Positions 32,034-42,492 of a stretch of 64,000 nucleotides of DNA are shown piece by piece. A program made the translations under genes and the position numbers. The notes under the pieces are model-generated. The model did no database searches and had not been told where the DNA came from. It was given only the letters and a program-made list of their open reading frames with translations. Location of the stretch: assembly GCA_963844715.1 (NCBI GenBank), contig CAWJPJ010000007.1, forward strand, positions 1,024,001 through 1,088,000, written 5' to 3'. This DNA is from an uncultured Phycisphaerales bacterium. GTDB taxonomy: Bacteria > Planctomycetota > Phycisphaerae > Tepidisphaerales > Tepidisphaeraceae. Every line of letters starts with the position of its first letter. Positions within the stretch are counted from its first letter, which is position 1.

Positions 32034-32840
32034 ATGCTCATCGACCCCCACATCCACTGCGTCAGCCGCACAACGGACGATTATCTCTTCATGGCCCGCG
32101 CCGGCGTGGTCGCCGTGAGCGAGCCCGCCTTCTGGGCCGGCTTCGACCGCTCGACCGCCGGCAGCTTCGCCGATTATTTCCGCCATCTCACGGATGTCGA
32201 ACCCAAGCGCGCCGCCCGCTATGGCATCGATCACTATTCCTGGCTCTGCATCAACGCAAAGGAAGCTGAAAACGTCTCGCTTGCCAGGGAAGTGATCCAA
32301 CTCATCCCGCCGATGCTCGATCACCCGCGCGTCCTGGGCATAGGCGAAATCGGCCTGAACAAGAATACCAAAAATGAAATCCAAATCTTCGAGGAGCAGG
32401 TCGATCTCGCCGCCCGCTATGACCAGCTCATCTTGATCCACACCCCACACCTCCAGGACAAACACAAAGGCACCTCCATCATCGTTGACATTCTGAAAAA
32501 CGACCCCAGAATCAAACCCGATCGCGTCCTCATCGACCACTGCGAGGAACACACCATCAAATTGGCGAAGGAAGCCGGTTTCTGGTGCGGCCTCACGATC
32601 TACCCCATCACCAAAGTCACCCCCCAACGCGGCGCAGACATCCTCGAACAATTCGGCCCCCAAAAAATCTGCGTCAACAGCGCCAGCGACTGGGGCGAAT
32701 CCGGCCCCCACATGCTCATCGACACCATGCTGGAATTCCGCCGCCGAGGCCACACCCAAAAAGAAGCCACCGAAATCTTTTACAATAACCCCTGCAAATT
32801 CTTCGGACAGTCCGGTAAGTGGAAGCTTTCACCTGTCTGA
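32034..32840 (+). CDS. TatD-related metallohydrolase (EboB-like)
   Basis: IDPHIH, EPAFW, GIGEIG, IHTPH, IDH, NSASDWG. Confidence 0.85.
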   Translation: MLIDPHIHCVSRTTDDYLFMARAGVVAVSEPAFWAGFDRSTAGSFADYFRHLTDVEPKRAARYGIDHYSWLCINAKEAENVSLAREVIQLIPPMLDHPRVLGIGEIGLNKNTKNEIQIFEEQVDLAARYDQLILIHTPHLQDKHKGTSIIVDILKNDPRIKPDRVLIDHCEEHTIKLAKEAGFWCGLTIYPITKVTPQRGADILEQFGPQKICVNSASDWGESGPHMLIDTMLEFRRRGHTQKEATEIFYNNPCKFFGQSGKWKLSPV

Positions 32841-32941
32841 ATTGCATTTAAATTGCCGGGCGCCCTCGTTTACATTGACGCCTTCATTCCATCAGCATAC
32901 GATCCGCTGCCCAAGAGATTGCTCTATTTCAAGGAGGCCGA

Positions 32942-33625
32942 TTGCCATCCCCGTTTGATCCGAAAACGCAACCCGTTTCCATGCCCATCGCCGTGCCGGG
33001 TCAGCAGGGCCCGGGGTACAACCGCTATCGCGAAATGACACTCGAGGAGATGCTCCTCGAAAACCGCGTACTTTTTCTTGTCGGTGAGATCAATCACGTT
33101 TCCGCCAGCCGGATCATGATGCAGATGCTCTATCTCCAGAGCGTCAAACGCGACCAGGACATCAATCTTTACATCAATTCGCCCGGCGGCGTTGTCGACG
33201 ACACGCTGGCCATCTACGACATCATGAAGTTCCTCAATTGCGACGTCGCCACCTATTGCATCGGCCGCGCCGAAAGCGGCGGGGCGATCGTCTTCATGGC
33301 AGGAAAAAAGGGCAAACGCTTCATCCTGCCCAACGCCAAGGTCATGATTCACCAGCCCTTCGGCGGGGTCTACGGGCAGGCCGCCGATATCCAAATCCAG
33401 GCGGATGAAATCCTCAAAACCAAGGAAACCCTCATCAATGTGATGGCCAAATGCACCGGCCAGACCATCGAGCGGATTCGCGAGGACAGCGAGCGCGATC
33501 GGTTCTTCGACGCGGCGCAGGCCGTCAAATATGGAATCTGCGACGAAGTCCTCGGCGAAGATTCCGCCGCCGCCGTGGTCGCCGCTGCCAGCAACGCGGC
33601 CTCGTCTCCTGACGCCAAAAAGTAG
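32942..33625 (+). CDS. clpP: ClpP protease subunit 1
   Basis: YINSPGG, GRAESGG (Ser), MIHQP, ERD. Confidence 0.92.
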   Translation: MPSPFDPKTQPVSMPIAVPGQQGPGYNRYREMTLEEMLLENRVLFLVGEINHVSASRIMMQMLYLQSVKRDQDINLYINSPGGVVDDTLAIYDIMKFLNCDVATYCIGRAESGGAIVFMAGKKGKRFILPNAKVMIHQPFGGVYGQAADIQIQADEILKTKETLINVMAKCTGQTIERIREDSERDRFFDAAQAVKYGICDEVLGEDSAAAVVAAASNAASSPDAKK

Positions 33626-33635
33626 GGGACGATTC

Positions 33636-34043
33636 ATGCTATTCGTTTCCATCGATCATCCCGCCATCAGTTGCCGCGACGTGAATCGCCAGGCCGATTG
33701 GTACTGCCGCAACCTCGGCATGCAAGTCGTCGCCTCGGACGGCAAAACGCCCCCAAGCATGCTGCTGGGATACGACGCCAGGTCAGTCGCCGGCGCCATG
33801 ATCGAACTGATGCCTGTCCGCGACCCGGGCCCCGACCCCGACGCCTTCGCACGGTATCAACCCGGCCTCCGCCACCTGGCGCTGCGCGTCTCCAATTTCG
33901 ACATGGCCTATGATCAATTGAAGTCACTCGGCGTGAAATTTCTATTCGAGCCCGCCAACAACGCCGTCGGCGGCGGAAAGATCGTCTCCTTTCGAGACCC
34001 CGAAGGAAATGAGCTACAAATCGTTCAAAGGACCGGCAATTAG
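33636..34043 (+). CDS. VOC/glyoxalase-family protein
   Basis: IDHPAI, MIEL, GLRHLAL.V, FRDPEGNELQI. Confidence 0.88.
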   Translation: MLFVSIDHPAISCRDVNRQADWYCRNLGMQVVASDGKTPPSMLLGYDARSVAGAMIELMPVRDPGPDPDAFARYQPGLRHLALRVSNFDMAYDQLKSLGVKFLFEPANNAVGGGKIVSFRDPEGNELQIVQRTGN

Positions 34044-34058
34044 CAAGCGAACACAACT

Positions 34059-34699
34059 ATGAGCATCAACCAACTCATCCCCATCGTCATTGAAAAAAGC
34101 GGCCGAGGAGAACGCGCCTACGACATCTACTCCCGCCTCCTCAAGGACCGCATTATCATCCTCGGCGGCGCCGTCACCGATGAATCCGCCAACACGATCA
34201 TCGCGCAGCTCCTTTTTCTCTCCAACGACGATCCCAAAACCGATATCCAGTTCTACATCAACTCCCCCGGCGGCAGCGTCTCGGCGGGACTTGGAATCAT
34301 CGACACCATGCGATTCCTCCGCTGCGATGTGGCCACAACCTGCATCGGCATGGCCGCCAGTATGGGCGCCTGCATCCTCGCCGCGGGAAAAGCCGGAAAA
34401 CGTGCCGTGCTGATGAACAGCCAGGTCATGCTCCACCAACCTCTCATCGGCGGCGTCCTACAGGGGCCGGCGACCGACCTGGGGATCGAAGCCCAGCACA
34501 TGCTTCGCCTTCGCGACCGCCTCTATAAAATGATGGCCTCCTACACGAACAAGACCCCGGACGTCATCCACCGCGATTTCGATCGCAACAAATGGCTCTT
34601 TGCCGAGGAAGCCGTCGAATACGGCTGCGCCGACCGCGTACTCGATCGAGCCCCGGAAATCGTCCCCATCGCGCGCCCAATGAGGAGCCGATCGAATGA
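34059..34699 (+). CDS. clpP: ClpP protease subunit 2 (C-terminal frameshift near 34675)
   Basis: [37 protein letters not shown]. Confidence 0.93.
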
Positions 34700-35313
34700 T
34701 CGGCCGCTGCGCAACTGCCGCCGCGATGGGACTCGCCGCGATCTGCCTGACCGCTTGCGGCGGGCCGAATCAGGCGAACATCCAGTTGCGCAAAGACAAC
34801 CAGCAGCTATCGGCCCAGATCGATACCCTCAATCGCCAGCATGCCGCCGATTCCGCTACCATCAACGCCCTCCAGGCCACCAACGCCGTCAAAACCCTTC
34901 CTGCATCGACGCTAAACGAGCTTTACACCGTCGCCGGCCTTCGCCTGGGCAAACTCACTGGCGGATTTCATCCCGATCCCAATACCGCCGGTGACACCAC
35001 ACTGAAGGTCTACGTTATCCCGACCGATCAGGACGGCGACCCGATCAAAGCCGCCGGGACCTTTCACATCCAACTCTTCGATCTCGCCCTTGCCAAGGAC
35101 AACTGCATCGGCACATGGGATTTCGATCTCCAGCAGGCCCACGCCAACTGGTACTCGCAGCTGTTCATGTACACGTACGTTTTTAGCTGCCCATTTCAGG
35201 TTCAGCCGGTGCATTCGGATCTGCTAGCGCGGATTACCTACACGGATGCGCTGACGGGCCGCGTCTTCACGGTTGATCGGGATATCACCGTTCAATTGCC
35301 CCCAACGAAGTGA
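34696..35313 (+). CDS. Putative lipoprotein
   Basis: Lipobox LTAC, coiled coil, beta-rich domain with [11 protein letters not shown]. Confidence 0.7.
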   Translation: MIGRCATAAAMGLAAICLTACGGPNQANIQLRKDNQQLSAQIDTLNRQHAADSATINALQATNAVKTLPASTLNELYTVAGLRLGKLTGGFHPDPNTAGDTTLKVYVIPTDQDGDPIKAAGTFHIQLFDLALAKDNCIGTWDFDLQQAHANWYSQLFMYTYVFSCPFQVQPVHSDLLARITYTDALTGRVFTVDRDITVQLPPTK

Positions 35314-35320
35314 AACCGCT

Positions 35321-36003
35321 CTATGCCCCGCGGGTCAGGGTGCGGATGGACTGTTCGTCCGCCACGATCGCCATCTCCGCCATGTTCAGGAACAGACCCG
35401 ATTCCACGATTCCCGCCCGCAATCGGAGCTGTTTGTCCAGCCCGGCCGGATCGTCAATCCCCGGAAATCGGCAATCGAAGATGTAATTCCCATTGTCCGT
35501 GACGAAGACCGCCCCGTCCGGATGCCGCCGTAGTCGCGGCGTGCTTCCCAGGTCGCGCAAGAACCTTTCGTGAGCCTCGTAACCAAACGGCGTCACTTCC
35601 ACCGGCAGCGGTGACTTCTCCCCCAGCTTGCTCACGACCTTCGAATTGTCGGCAATGATAATCAGGCGATTGGAGTTTTGAGCGACGATTTTCTCTCGCA
35701 GCAGCGCCCCGCCCATTCCCTTGATCAGCTCCAGCCCCGGCGCGATTTCGTCGGCTCCGTCTACGGTTACGTCGATCTTCGTCACCTGCGAAAATCCCGC
35801 GATCGCGAGCCCCGATTCACGCGCCAGCCGCTCCGATGCACTGCTGGTCGGAACGCAGCGCACGTTATGCAATCGCCCGGCCCGTAAACCTGACGCCAGG
35901 GCCGCTATAAAGAACTTGGCGGTCGATCCGGTGCCAAGACCGACGACCATCCCGTCCTTCACGAATTCCACCGCCGCTTCGCCTGCGCCTGCTTGGCTTC
36001 CAT
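35321..36003 (-). CDS. rpiA: Ribose-5-phosphate isomerase A (5' frameshift)
   Basis: GLGTGST, DGADEI, IKG.GGALLREK, TDNGN. Confidence 0.95.
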
Positions 36004-36113
36004 GGTTAGGAGAATAAGACCGCGCGGCCCGCGGGTAAAGTCGAGAATCCGGGGGCGATAATAGAGGAACCCGCTGGCGACGCCGCCGGGGATCGGCGGG
36101 GGGACTGTTACCC

Positions 36114-36994
36114 TCAGCCGAACACGGCCGAAGCCGCCAAAACCTGGGCGGGAAGATTGGCCTTGATCTGTTCGATCAGGGGGGGCTGGATATTCGCCTC
36201 GGCCAGAAGCTGTGGGTCAAGTTGCTGATGGGCGGCCGTCAGGTTGAATCCAAGGCCCGTTTGGCAGCAAATCGTATCGGCGACGTAGATCAGCGTAACC
36301 AACTGACGCGACTCCTTCGCCACTGAATTCGGATTGTGATGCGACCCGGCTATCAATCGGCAGCAGGCGGGGAACTTCCATTGCTCGGCCAGCGCTTCGC
36401 CCAGCGCTCTGATGGTCCACCCCCAGCGCATTGCGCTCCGCCTGGCAGAAATCTCCGCCCGAGGCGGCGACGCCGTTGCAGATCGCCCGGGTCTTTTCCG
36501 GCCAAGCCTGAAGCGCAGACCAATATCCCCGCGTCGTGGATCATTCCCCCGAGGAAAGCCTCATCGACTAGGTGAAGTTTCAGCCCCTTGGCCAATTCCC
36601 GCCCCGCGACGGCAACCGCAATGCAGTGCGTCCACAGATCGCGGGCGCTGAACTTGTCGCAAAGCCGAACGCCGCGAAAGAGTTGTCCAAGGCTCGCGGC
36701 GATCGCAATGTTCTTCACCGCATTCAATCCAAGCAAAACAATCGCGCGATCGATGCTCCCCACCTGCCCGGGCAGGCCGTAGAACGCGCTGTTGACGAGC
36801 TTGAGGATTCGCGTCACCAAGGCCGGATCGTGAGTGATGATCTTGTGCAGATTGGCCGCCGAGCTGCGCGGATTCTCCACCGTCGCGATGATGCGCGCCG
36901 TCACTTCGGGCAGCGTCGCCAGAGCGGTGACGCTCTTGATCGCGTCTCGGGCCAGACTGTGGGTATCGGGAGTGGGTGCCGTGGCTGTAGTCAT
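36114..36994 (-). CDS. HDOD-domain protein (frameshifted)
   Basis: DPALVTRILKLVNSAFYG, AIVLLG, W.H, GMIHD.G, W.FP, HH.P. Confidence 0.88.
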
Positions 36995-37090
36995 GCGGAT
37001 TCCTCTTATGTCATATCGATAAACGCGTGCCTCAACTTGAAGCGGTCCAACCTGCCGCTCGATTACGCAGCGTCCGATAGAAAAGAGTTT

Positions 37091-38231
37091 TTAGTAAGTG
37101 ATCAGCTTGCGAAGAAAACGATGATCCAGGCGCAATTGGCAAGAATCCCCGCGATTTTCAGCCCCGTATCGCGCCCGGCGTAAGGATTAACACTCTTTCC
37201 CCGACGTGGATTTCCGCCGTTCCAGATTCGTCGCGCCGCCGCCGCGATGGCTGATTGCCCATACGGCACGCTCCTCACATCTTTACATCGCTCTCTTCCC
37301 CTCTGCCGCGGGCCGATGTCAATAACCGGCGTTCCAAAGCTCGCCGCCTCGATAATTCCCGCCGAGCTGTTCCCCGCGAGAAACGCCGCATCCCGTAAAA
37401 GTGCCAGGAACTCCGGGCGGAAATATCCTTATGGACAGTCAATCGCGGGTCATCCTTGACGGATTGCCAGTATCGAATGATTCCACCGCTGCCGGGATCG
37501 TTATTCGGATAAATGATCACCGCGCGATCGACGCCCGATTGAAGGACGCCATGCAAAACCATTCGGGCCCGCTCGAATTCCATCGCCTCGTCCATTTCCG
37601 CCGGATGGAGCACCACCAGGGCGAAACTTCGCGGCTTAAGCCTGGATTTGCCTGCCTCTCGATTAATCCCATCAATTCCCGGCGACCCCACGCAATGCAC
37701 GCGAGCCGGATCTTCCCCCAGCCGCACGATTCGCCGCGCACTCTCCTTCGTGGCGGGGAAATGAATATGAGCCAGCTTGGTGATCGCATGTCGCAGGGAA
37801 TCGTCCACTTGCCCCAAAGCCCGATCCCCGCCGTGCACATGCGTCACCGCCAGTCCCAGAATATGTCCCGCCGCCGCGGCCGCGAAGGCCTCGACGCGAT
37901 CCCCGACTACGAGAACCACGTCTGGGCGCAGCTTCTCAAAATTTCGCGCCAACCCCGCTATCGCGTTTCCAGTGGCTTCGGCCCGGGAACCGCCTTTCCA
38001 AGAAAGGATCGCATCGATTTTCCAACCCGCCTTGCCAACGCGAGCAATGCTCCGCCCATGCCGGCGATCGAGATGCATCCCCGTAACGACGATCTGCAAT
38101 TTCAACTTTTTCGATTTTTGAATCGCGAGCAGAACCGAACGCATGAGCCCGAATTCAGCCCGGGTCCCGGTGACGAAGCAAACTCGCCTTTGGTTGCGCC
38201 AGCCATTGCTCGGACTGTATATCACGGCCAT
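37091..38231 (-). CDS. neuC: UDP-GlcNAc 2-epimerase, hydrolysing NeuC-like (frameshifted)
   Basis: VTGTRAEFGL, TGMHL, GDRVE, HVHGG, RHAITKLAHIH, YPNND, GNSS.GIIEA. Confidence 0.9.
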
Positions 38232-38298
38232 ACCAGGTATTGCCATCCAACCTGAATTCTTCAGATGGTATTGCCGATATCGAAAAAGGCAATACAAT
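38226..38298 (+). promoter_or_regulatory. TA promoter overlapped by operator repeats
   Basis: TTGCCG-16 bp-TACAAT; GGTATTGCC at 38236 and 38267; inverse GGCAATAC at 38288 and GGCCATACC at 38226. Confidence 0.65.
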
Positions 38299-38305
38299 AG
38301 ATAAT

Positions 38306-38545
38306 ATGAAGACCATTACCTGCAAGCTATCCGAAAAACTGGACGCGGAGTTGGAGGCCGTCGCACGTGAGCAGCGCACCAGCAAATCGGAAGTTGTGCG
38401 CAACGCACTTGAAGACCGGGTCCGCCGAAAACGAGGGCAGAGGGCACCGCGAGCCTTCGATTTAGTCAAGGACCTTGCCGGGAGCGTCAAGGGCCCTGCC
38501 GATTTATTGACCAATCCAAAATATTTCGAGAACTTCGGTGCCTGA
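38306..38545 (+). CDS. vapB: RHH/CopG-type antitoxin
   Basis: MKTITCKL...SKSEVVRNAL; C-terminal GPADL.TNPKY; overlaps the PIN gene. Confidence 0.85.
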   Translation: MKTITCKLSEKLDAELEAVAREQRTSKSEVVRNALEDRVRRKRGQRAPRAFDLVKDLAGSVKGPADLLTNPKYFENFGA

Positions 38546-38960
38546 GCGCACTGTCATCGCCGATACGGGGCCTCTTGTCGCCTTCTTGGTCGAGCGGGAA
38601 CCGCGGCACGTCTGGGCGGTAGAGCAGTTCAAATCATTGCCCGCGCCGTTTCTAACTTGTGAATCCGTGCTCACCGAAGTGTTTCACTTGCTCAGCCGCG
38701 CTCGGGAAGGTCCCCAAAGGTTTTTTGAGTTGATCAACCGAGGGGTGGTTATCGTCGATTTCTCGACTGCATCAGAGATCGTGCCGCTGGAAAGGCTGAT
38801 TCGGAAATATCGTGACTTGCCAATGTCGTTGGCTGATGCGTGCCTCGTCAGGATGGCGGAGATTCATCCCAGCGCTGTTGTGCTGACGCTGGACCAGCAT
38901 TTCAAGATTTATCGCAAACTCAACCGTCAGCCAATCAGGTGCATTATGCCGGCCGAGTAA
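38538..38960 (+). CDS. vapC: PIN-domain VapC toxin
   Basis: ADTGPLVA, V.TE, MSLADA, TLD.HF. Confidence 0.9.
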   Translation: MPERTVIADTGPLVAFLVEREPRHVWAVEQFKSLPAPFLTCESVLTEVFHLLSRAREGPQRFFELINRGVVIVDFSTASEIVPLERLIRKYRDLPMSLADACLVRMAEIHPSAVVLTLDQHFKIYRKLNRQPIRCIMPAE

Positions 38961-38978
38961 GCGATCGGCGACATTGGA

Positions 38979-40031
38979 TCACGCCGCGTCATTAATTGCC
39001 TGCCAAGTCAAAAGTTGGCCGGATCGTATCGCCTTATCGACCTTGCACCCAATCAGCGACGGCAGCGCCGACGCCGGAATGCCCGTCCCCGGTCGCTGGA
39101 CCATCAGATCGGATTCTTCGATCAAATGCCCCGGTTGCAGGTCTTTCGCCGCGACCACGCTCTGCCGGCTGGCGGTGCGCACATCCTGCTCGATCTGCAA
39201 AACGCGCTTGCCCGGCAGCCCGCGCATGCGCTCGGCCAAGCGCAGGAACTCAATGTACTGGGCGAATTGCCCGGGATCGAAGCTCGAAGAGTGGTCCGGA
39301 CCCTGCGCGTTTCGATCGTAGGTGAGATGCTTTTCCACGATCGCGGCTCCCGCGGTCACAGCCAGCGCGCCGGCCAGAATTTCCGTCGAATGATCCGAAA
39401 AACCCGTCACCACGCCGAACCGGCGTTGCAGTTCGTCAATCCAGCAGAGATTGGCCTCGTCCACCGGCGTCGGATAGCTGCTGATGCAATGAAGCAAAGC
39501 AAAGGGCGATTCCCAGCCGCGCAGCCAGGCGACGCTCGAGCTGATTTCGTTGATGCTCGCCGCGCCCGTCGAAACAAGCAGCGGCAGCCCCGTGGCCGCG
39601 GCGCCGCAAGAGAGGCCAGTTCACAATATCCGGCGACGCGATTTTAATCCCCGGCAAATCAAGCGCCTCGATCTCATCCACGTCTTCCAGTGAGAAAGGC
39701 GTCGCCAGCGGGATCAACCCCTGCGCCGCGGATTTCATCCACGACGGCGCGGCATGTCCGCCTCGCTCAGCTCGAATCGCCGCAGCATGTCGGCGGGAGT
39801 TGGATCGTGGAGGAGCGTCTTCTGATAGCGGGCGAAGACCGAGGACCGGTGCATCAGCCGATCCGCCGAAAAGATCTGCAATTTCACGGCATCCGCGCCC
39901 GCCTGCTGGGCAGCGCGGACGAGTTGAAGGGCCCGGTCGAGCCGGCCGTCGTGATTCACGCCGATTTCCGCTACCACGAGCACCGGTCCGTTCCGGTCGA
40001 CGGGGCAACCGTCCAGTTCGAGATCGATCAT
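38979..40031 (-). CDS. neuB: N-acetylneuraminate / nonulosonate synthase with SAF domain (frameshifted)
   Basis: AEIGVNHDG, ADAVKLQ, KIASPD, HCISSYP, GFSDH, VEKH.T, RPGTGI. Confidence 0.9.
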
Positions 40032-40757
40032 GCTACCCTCGATTTCAAAGCGGCCGACTCGCGCAAAATGGCTTCGGCCAGGTAAAGGTCGCGCAGTTCG
40101 TCTATTTCCACGGTTTGTCCGATTTCTGTGCGGATACCGCGCCGATCCATTCCGAAGAAGGCATGGGGATCGCCGGGACTCTGCTTGCCGCGAAGCATCG
40201 AAGCCCGCGACACCGCTACGATCGCGCCATCGTGCAAAAAGAGTGCCTCGAGGTCCTGGCGGCGATGAATGCTATTGGGTTGAAGCGGCACGACCTCCTC
40301 CCCGTCGAGACGCGACATCCAGGCGGGGTGCCATTTTCCCACCGGACAAAACGACCGCACCGAGTCGCAACCGGACTTTTCGAGCATCTCGATGGCCCGA
40401 TCGATCGAGCCCGCCGGACGAATCGGGACGTTTCCGTACAGAACCGCCAGCGCGTCCGCCTTGAATGGTCGCTTGGCGAATTCGAATTCCTGGAGTCGCG
40501 TGGAGCATGGCGTCCTGGACGCTTGCCGAAGCCGTGGCCAAATCCGCCGGGCGGTCGATGACCCACAGCCCGCGCGATCGTGCCAGTTGCTTGATTTGCG
40601 GGCAATCGGTCGAGACGCAGACCGCCGAAAGGCGGCGGCTATTCGCGGCGTGATCGAAGGTGTATTCGATTACGGGGCGACCATCGAGGAGACGCAGATG
40701 TTTATTCAATAACCCGGCGCTGCCGGCGCGGGCGAGGATGATTCCGAGAACGTTCAT
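40028..40757 (-). CDS. neuA: Acylneuraminate cytidylyltransferase (frameshifted)
   Basis: ILARAGS.GL..K, VSTD, RPADLAT, RRQDL, EID...D. Confidence 0.88.
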
Positions 40758-40772
40758 GAGTTCGGTCTCCTC

Positions 40773-40893
40773 AATGACGAAATTCGAATGACGAATGACG
40801 AATGTCGCCGCGGCGACCTCGAATGTCCGAATGAACCTTAATCATTGGAACATTGAAATTTGATTCGTCATTCGTCATTTATCATTCGTCATT
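40773..40893. repeat. Short GAATGAC-heptamer inverted-repeat element (MITE-like)
   Basis: AATGACGAA...TTCGTCATT ends; shares exact terminal sequence with 27320-27716. Confidence 0.8.
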
Positions 40894-42492
40894 AAGTTCT
40901 ATGCCAATCGCTGCACCCGGCGCAGCACCGGGTGTCGCTGCCAATTTCCCAACTTGTGGTCGGATCGCAGACTGCCCATCGGGCCGTTCCAGATTGACGC
41001 GATCGAATCCTGCCCGATCCGGCCCAGCGTCTGTTTTCCGCGCAAATCCTGCTCGCAGGAGACGACTCGCCCATCCGACAAGATCGTGATTTTCGAATTA
41101 AGCCGTGCGCACGGTCTCCGTCGCGGCGGTTCCATGCGGGCGGCCGAGAGATCCGGTATCGTCGCCGAAAAATCGCTCGGCCCGACGATCACCGCGCACC
41201 CCAGAACGCGCAGCCAATGGTCGTACCACGGTTCCATCTCGGCGAAATTCGCCTGGAGCTTGGTAAACGCGGGAACGATCAAGGTGGTCGGGGCGCTCTG
41301 CTCGATCAATCTCTGAATATTTGCCACGCAGGTTTTGAATCCATCGGTCTGCATGACGGCTTGATAAGTCGCCGCGGTCACGGCGGGGAAATGAACGGAA
41401 ATCACGTCCACACCCGATTTTGCCAGACCATCGATCGTCGATTCATCGCTCCCGAGCAGATCGGTTTCGATCGCGACGGCGATCTTGAGAGCAATGGCGT
41501 ATTGAGCAATTTCGAAAAACCCCGGCGACAGAATCGGATCGCCCGCTCCCGCCAGAACAAGCCGGAGGTCGTCGATCCCGGCCAGTTCATCAAGCAGTTT
41601 CTTCGCCGCAACCACGGCCAAATCCTCGCGTTCCACCAGCGGCGGCATATAAATCGGTTTGGCGATCCGCCGGGTGGTCAATTCCAGCACGACTTCCCGA
41701 ACCGTCGAAGCTGGCCCAGCGTTATCAAGCAGATGCAACAATTGCTCGGCGGAGGTGTGAATCAGTTCGCCGTTGAGATGTGCCGTGGCCTGGCCGATCC
41801 GATCTAACTGCCGATCGGAATCGAGTGTGAATCGATGCACATTTCGAGCCAAATTCGCCGCCACTGGGGCACACGCCGGCGTAGATATCGGGTCGCGCTG
41901 CGGCAGATCAGGCCGATACGCAAGCAGCGACCCCGGATGCGCCGCATTCTTTGCCAATTTCTCGACCAGCGATTTCCGAATCATCACCCCGCACAGCCCC
42001 GGCGCGGCGGGCGTGAAGAAGAAGTCGATCTCCTCGTTGGCCCCGGCGTGATCGAGCACCGAATCGACCAGGTCCGGATCGACCAGCCCCGCGGCCGGGT
42101 CGACCAGAAACGCCGCCTCCCCTCCAAGCTGATTCAGCAGGTCCAGAAGCAACGGGGCGTGGAATCCCCGGTCAAACTCGCATGTGTTCAGAAGTCCGCC
42201 GCGCCACCCGTCCGACCACCGGCGGGCGACCGTGATCGTATCCAAAGCCGGCAGCGCCACCCGCGCCGACGGCGCCACGCAGCGCGCCCGAATTCCGCGG
42301 CGATTTTCTTTGCTTCCTCCTGCTGGTCCTTCCAGCAGAGGATTGCCATCTGGCTAAGGTTGGCGCATCGAGACAGCCGAGAGAGCGTCCACGCGAGCAC
42401 CGGGCGATCATGAAACCGTCGGCTTGCGCTCCCCGGCGCTGTGCCGGCTCATGCAGCATCGAAGCGACCGCGATGACGCCCGGCTGGCTCAT
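40892..42492 (-). CDS. Nucleotidyltransferase-like N-domain + degenerate radical SAM barrel + SPASM domain (frameshifted)
   Basis: LELTTRR without CxxxCxxC, GAGDP, IET; SPASM PC...DG....C..D...LG...SI..IW. Confidence 0.72.

Noticed and set aside
34059..34994. Apparent C-terminally extended ClpP, and similar fusions (nnrE-pdxJ 45404-46165, 25857-27302)
   Set aside because: Artefacts of indels or of upstream in-frame extension by the ORF caller
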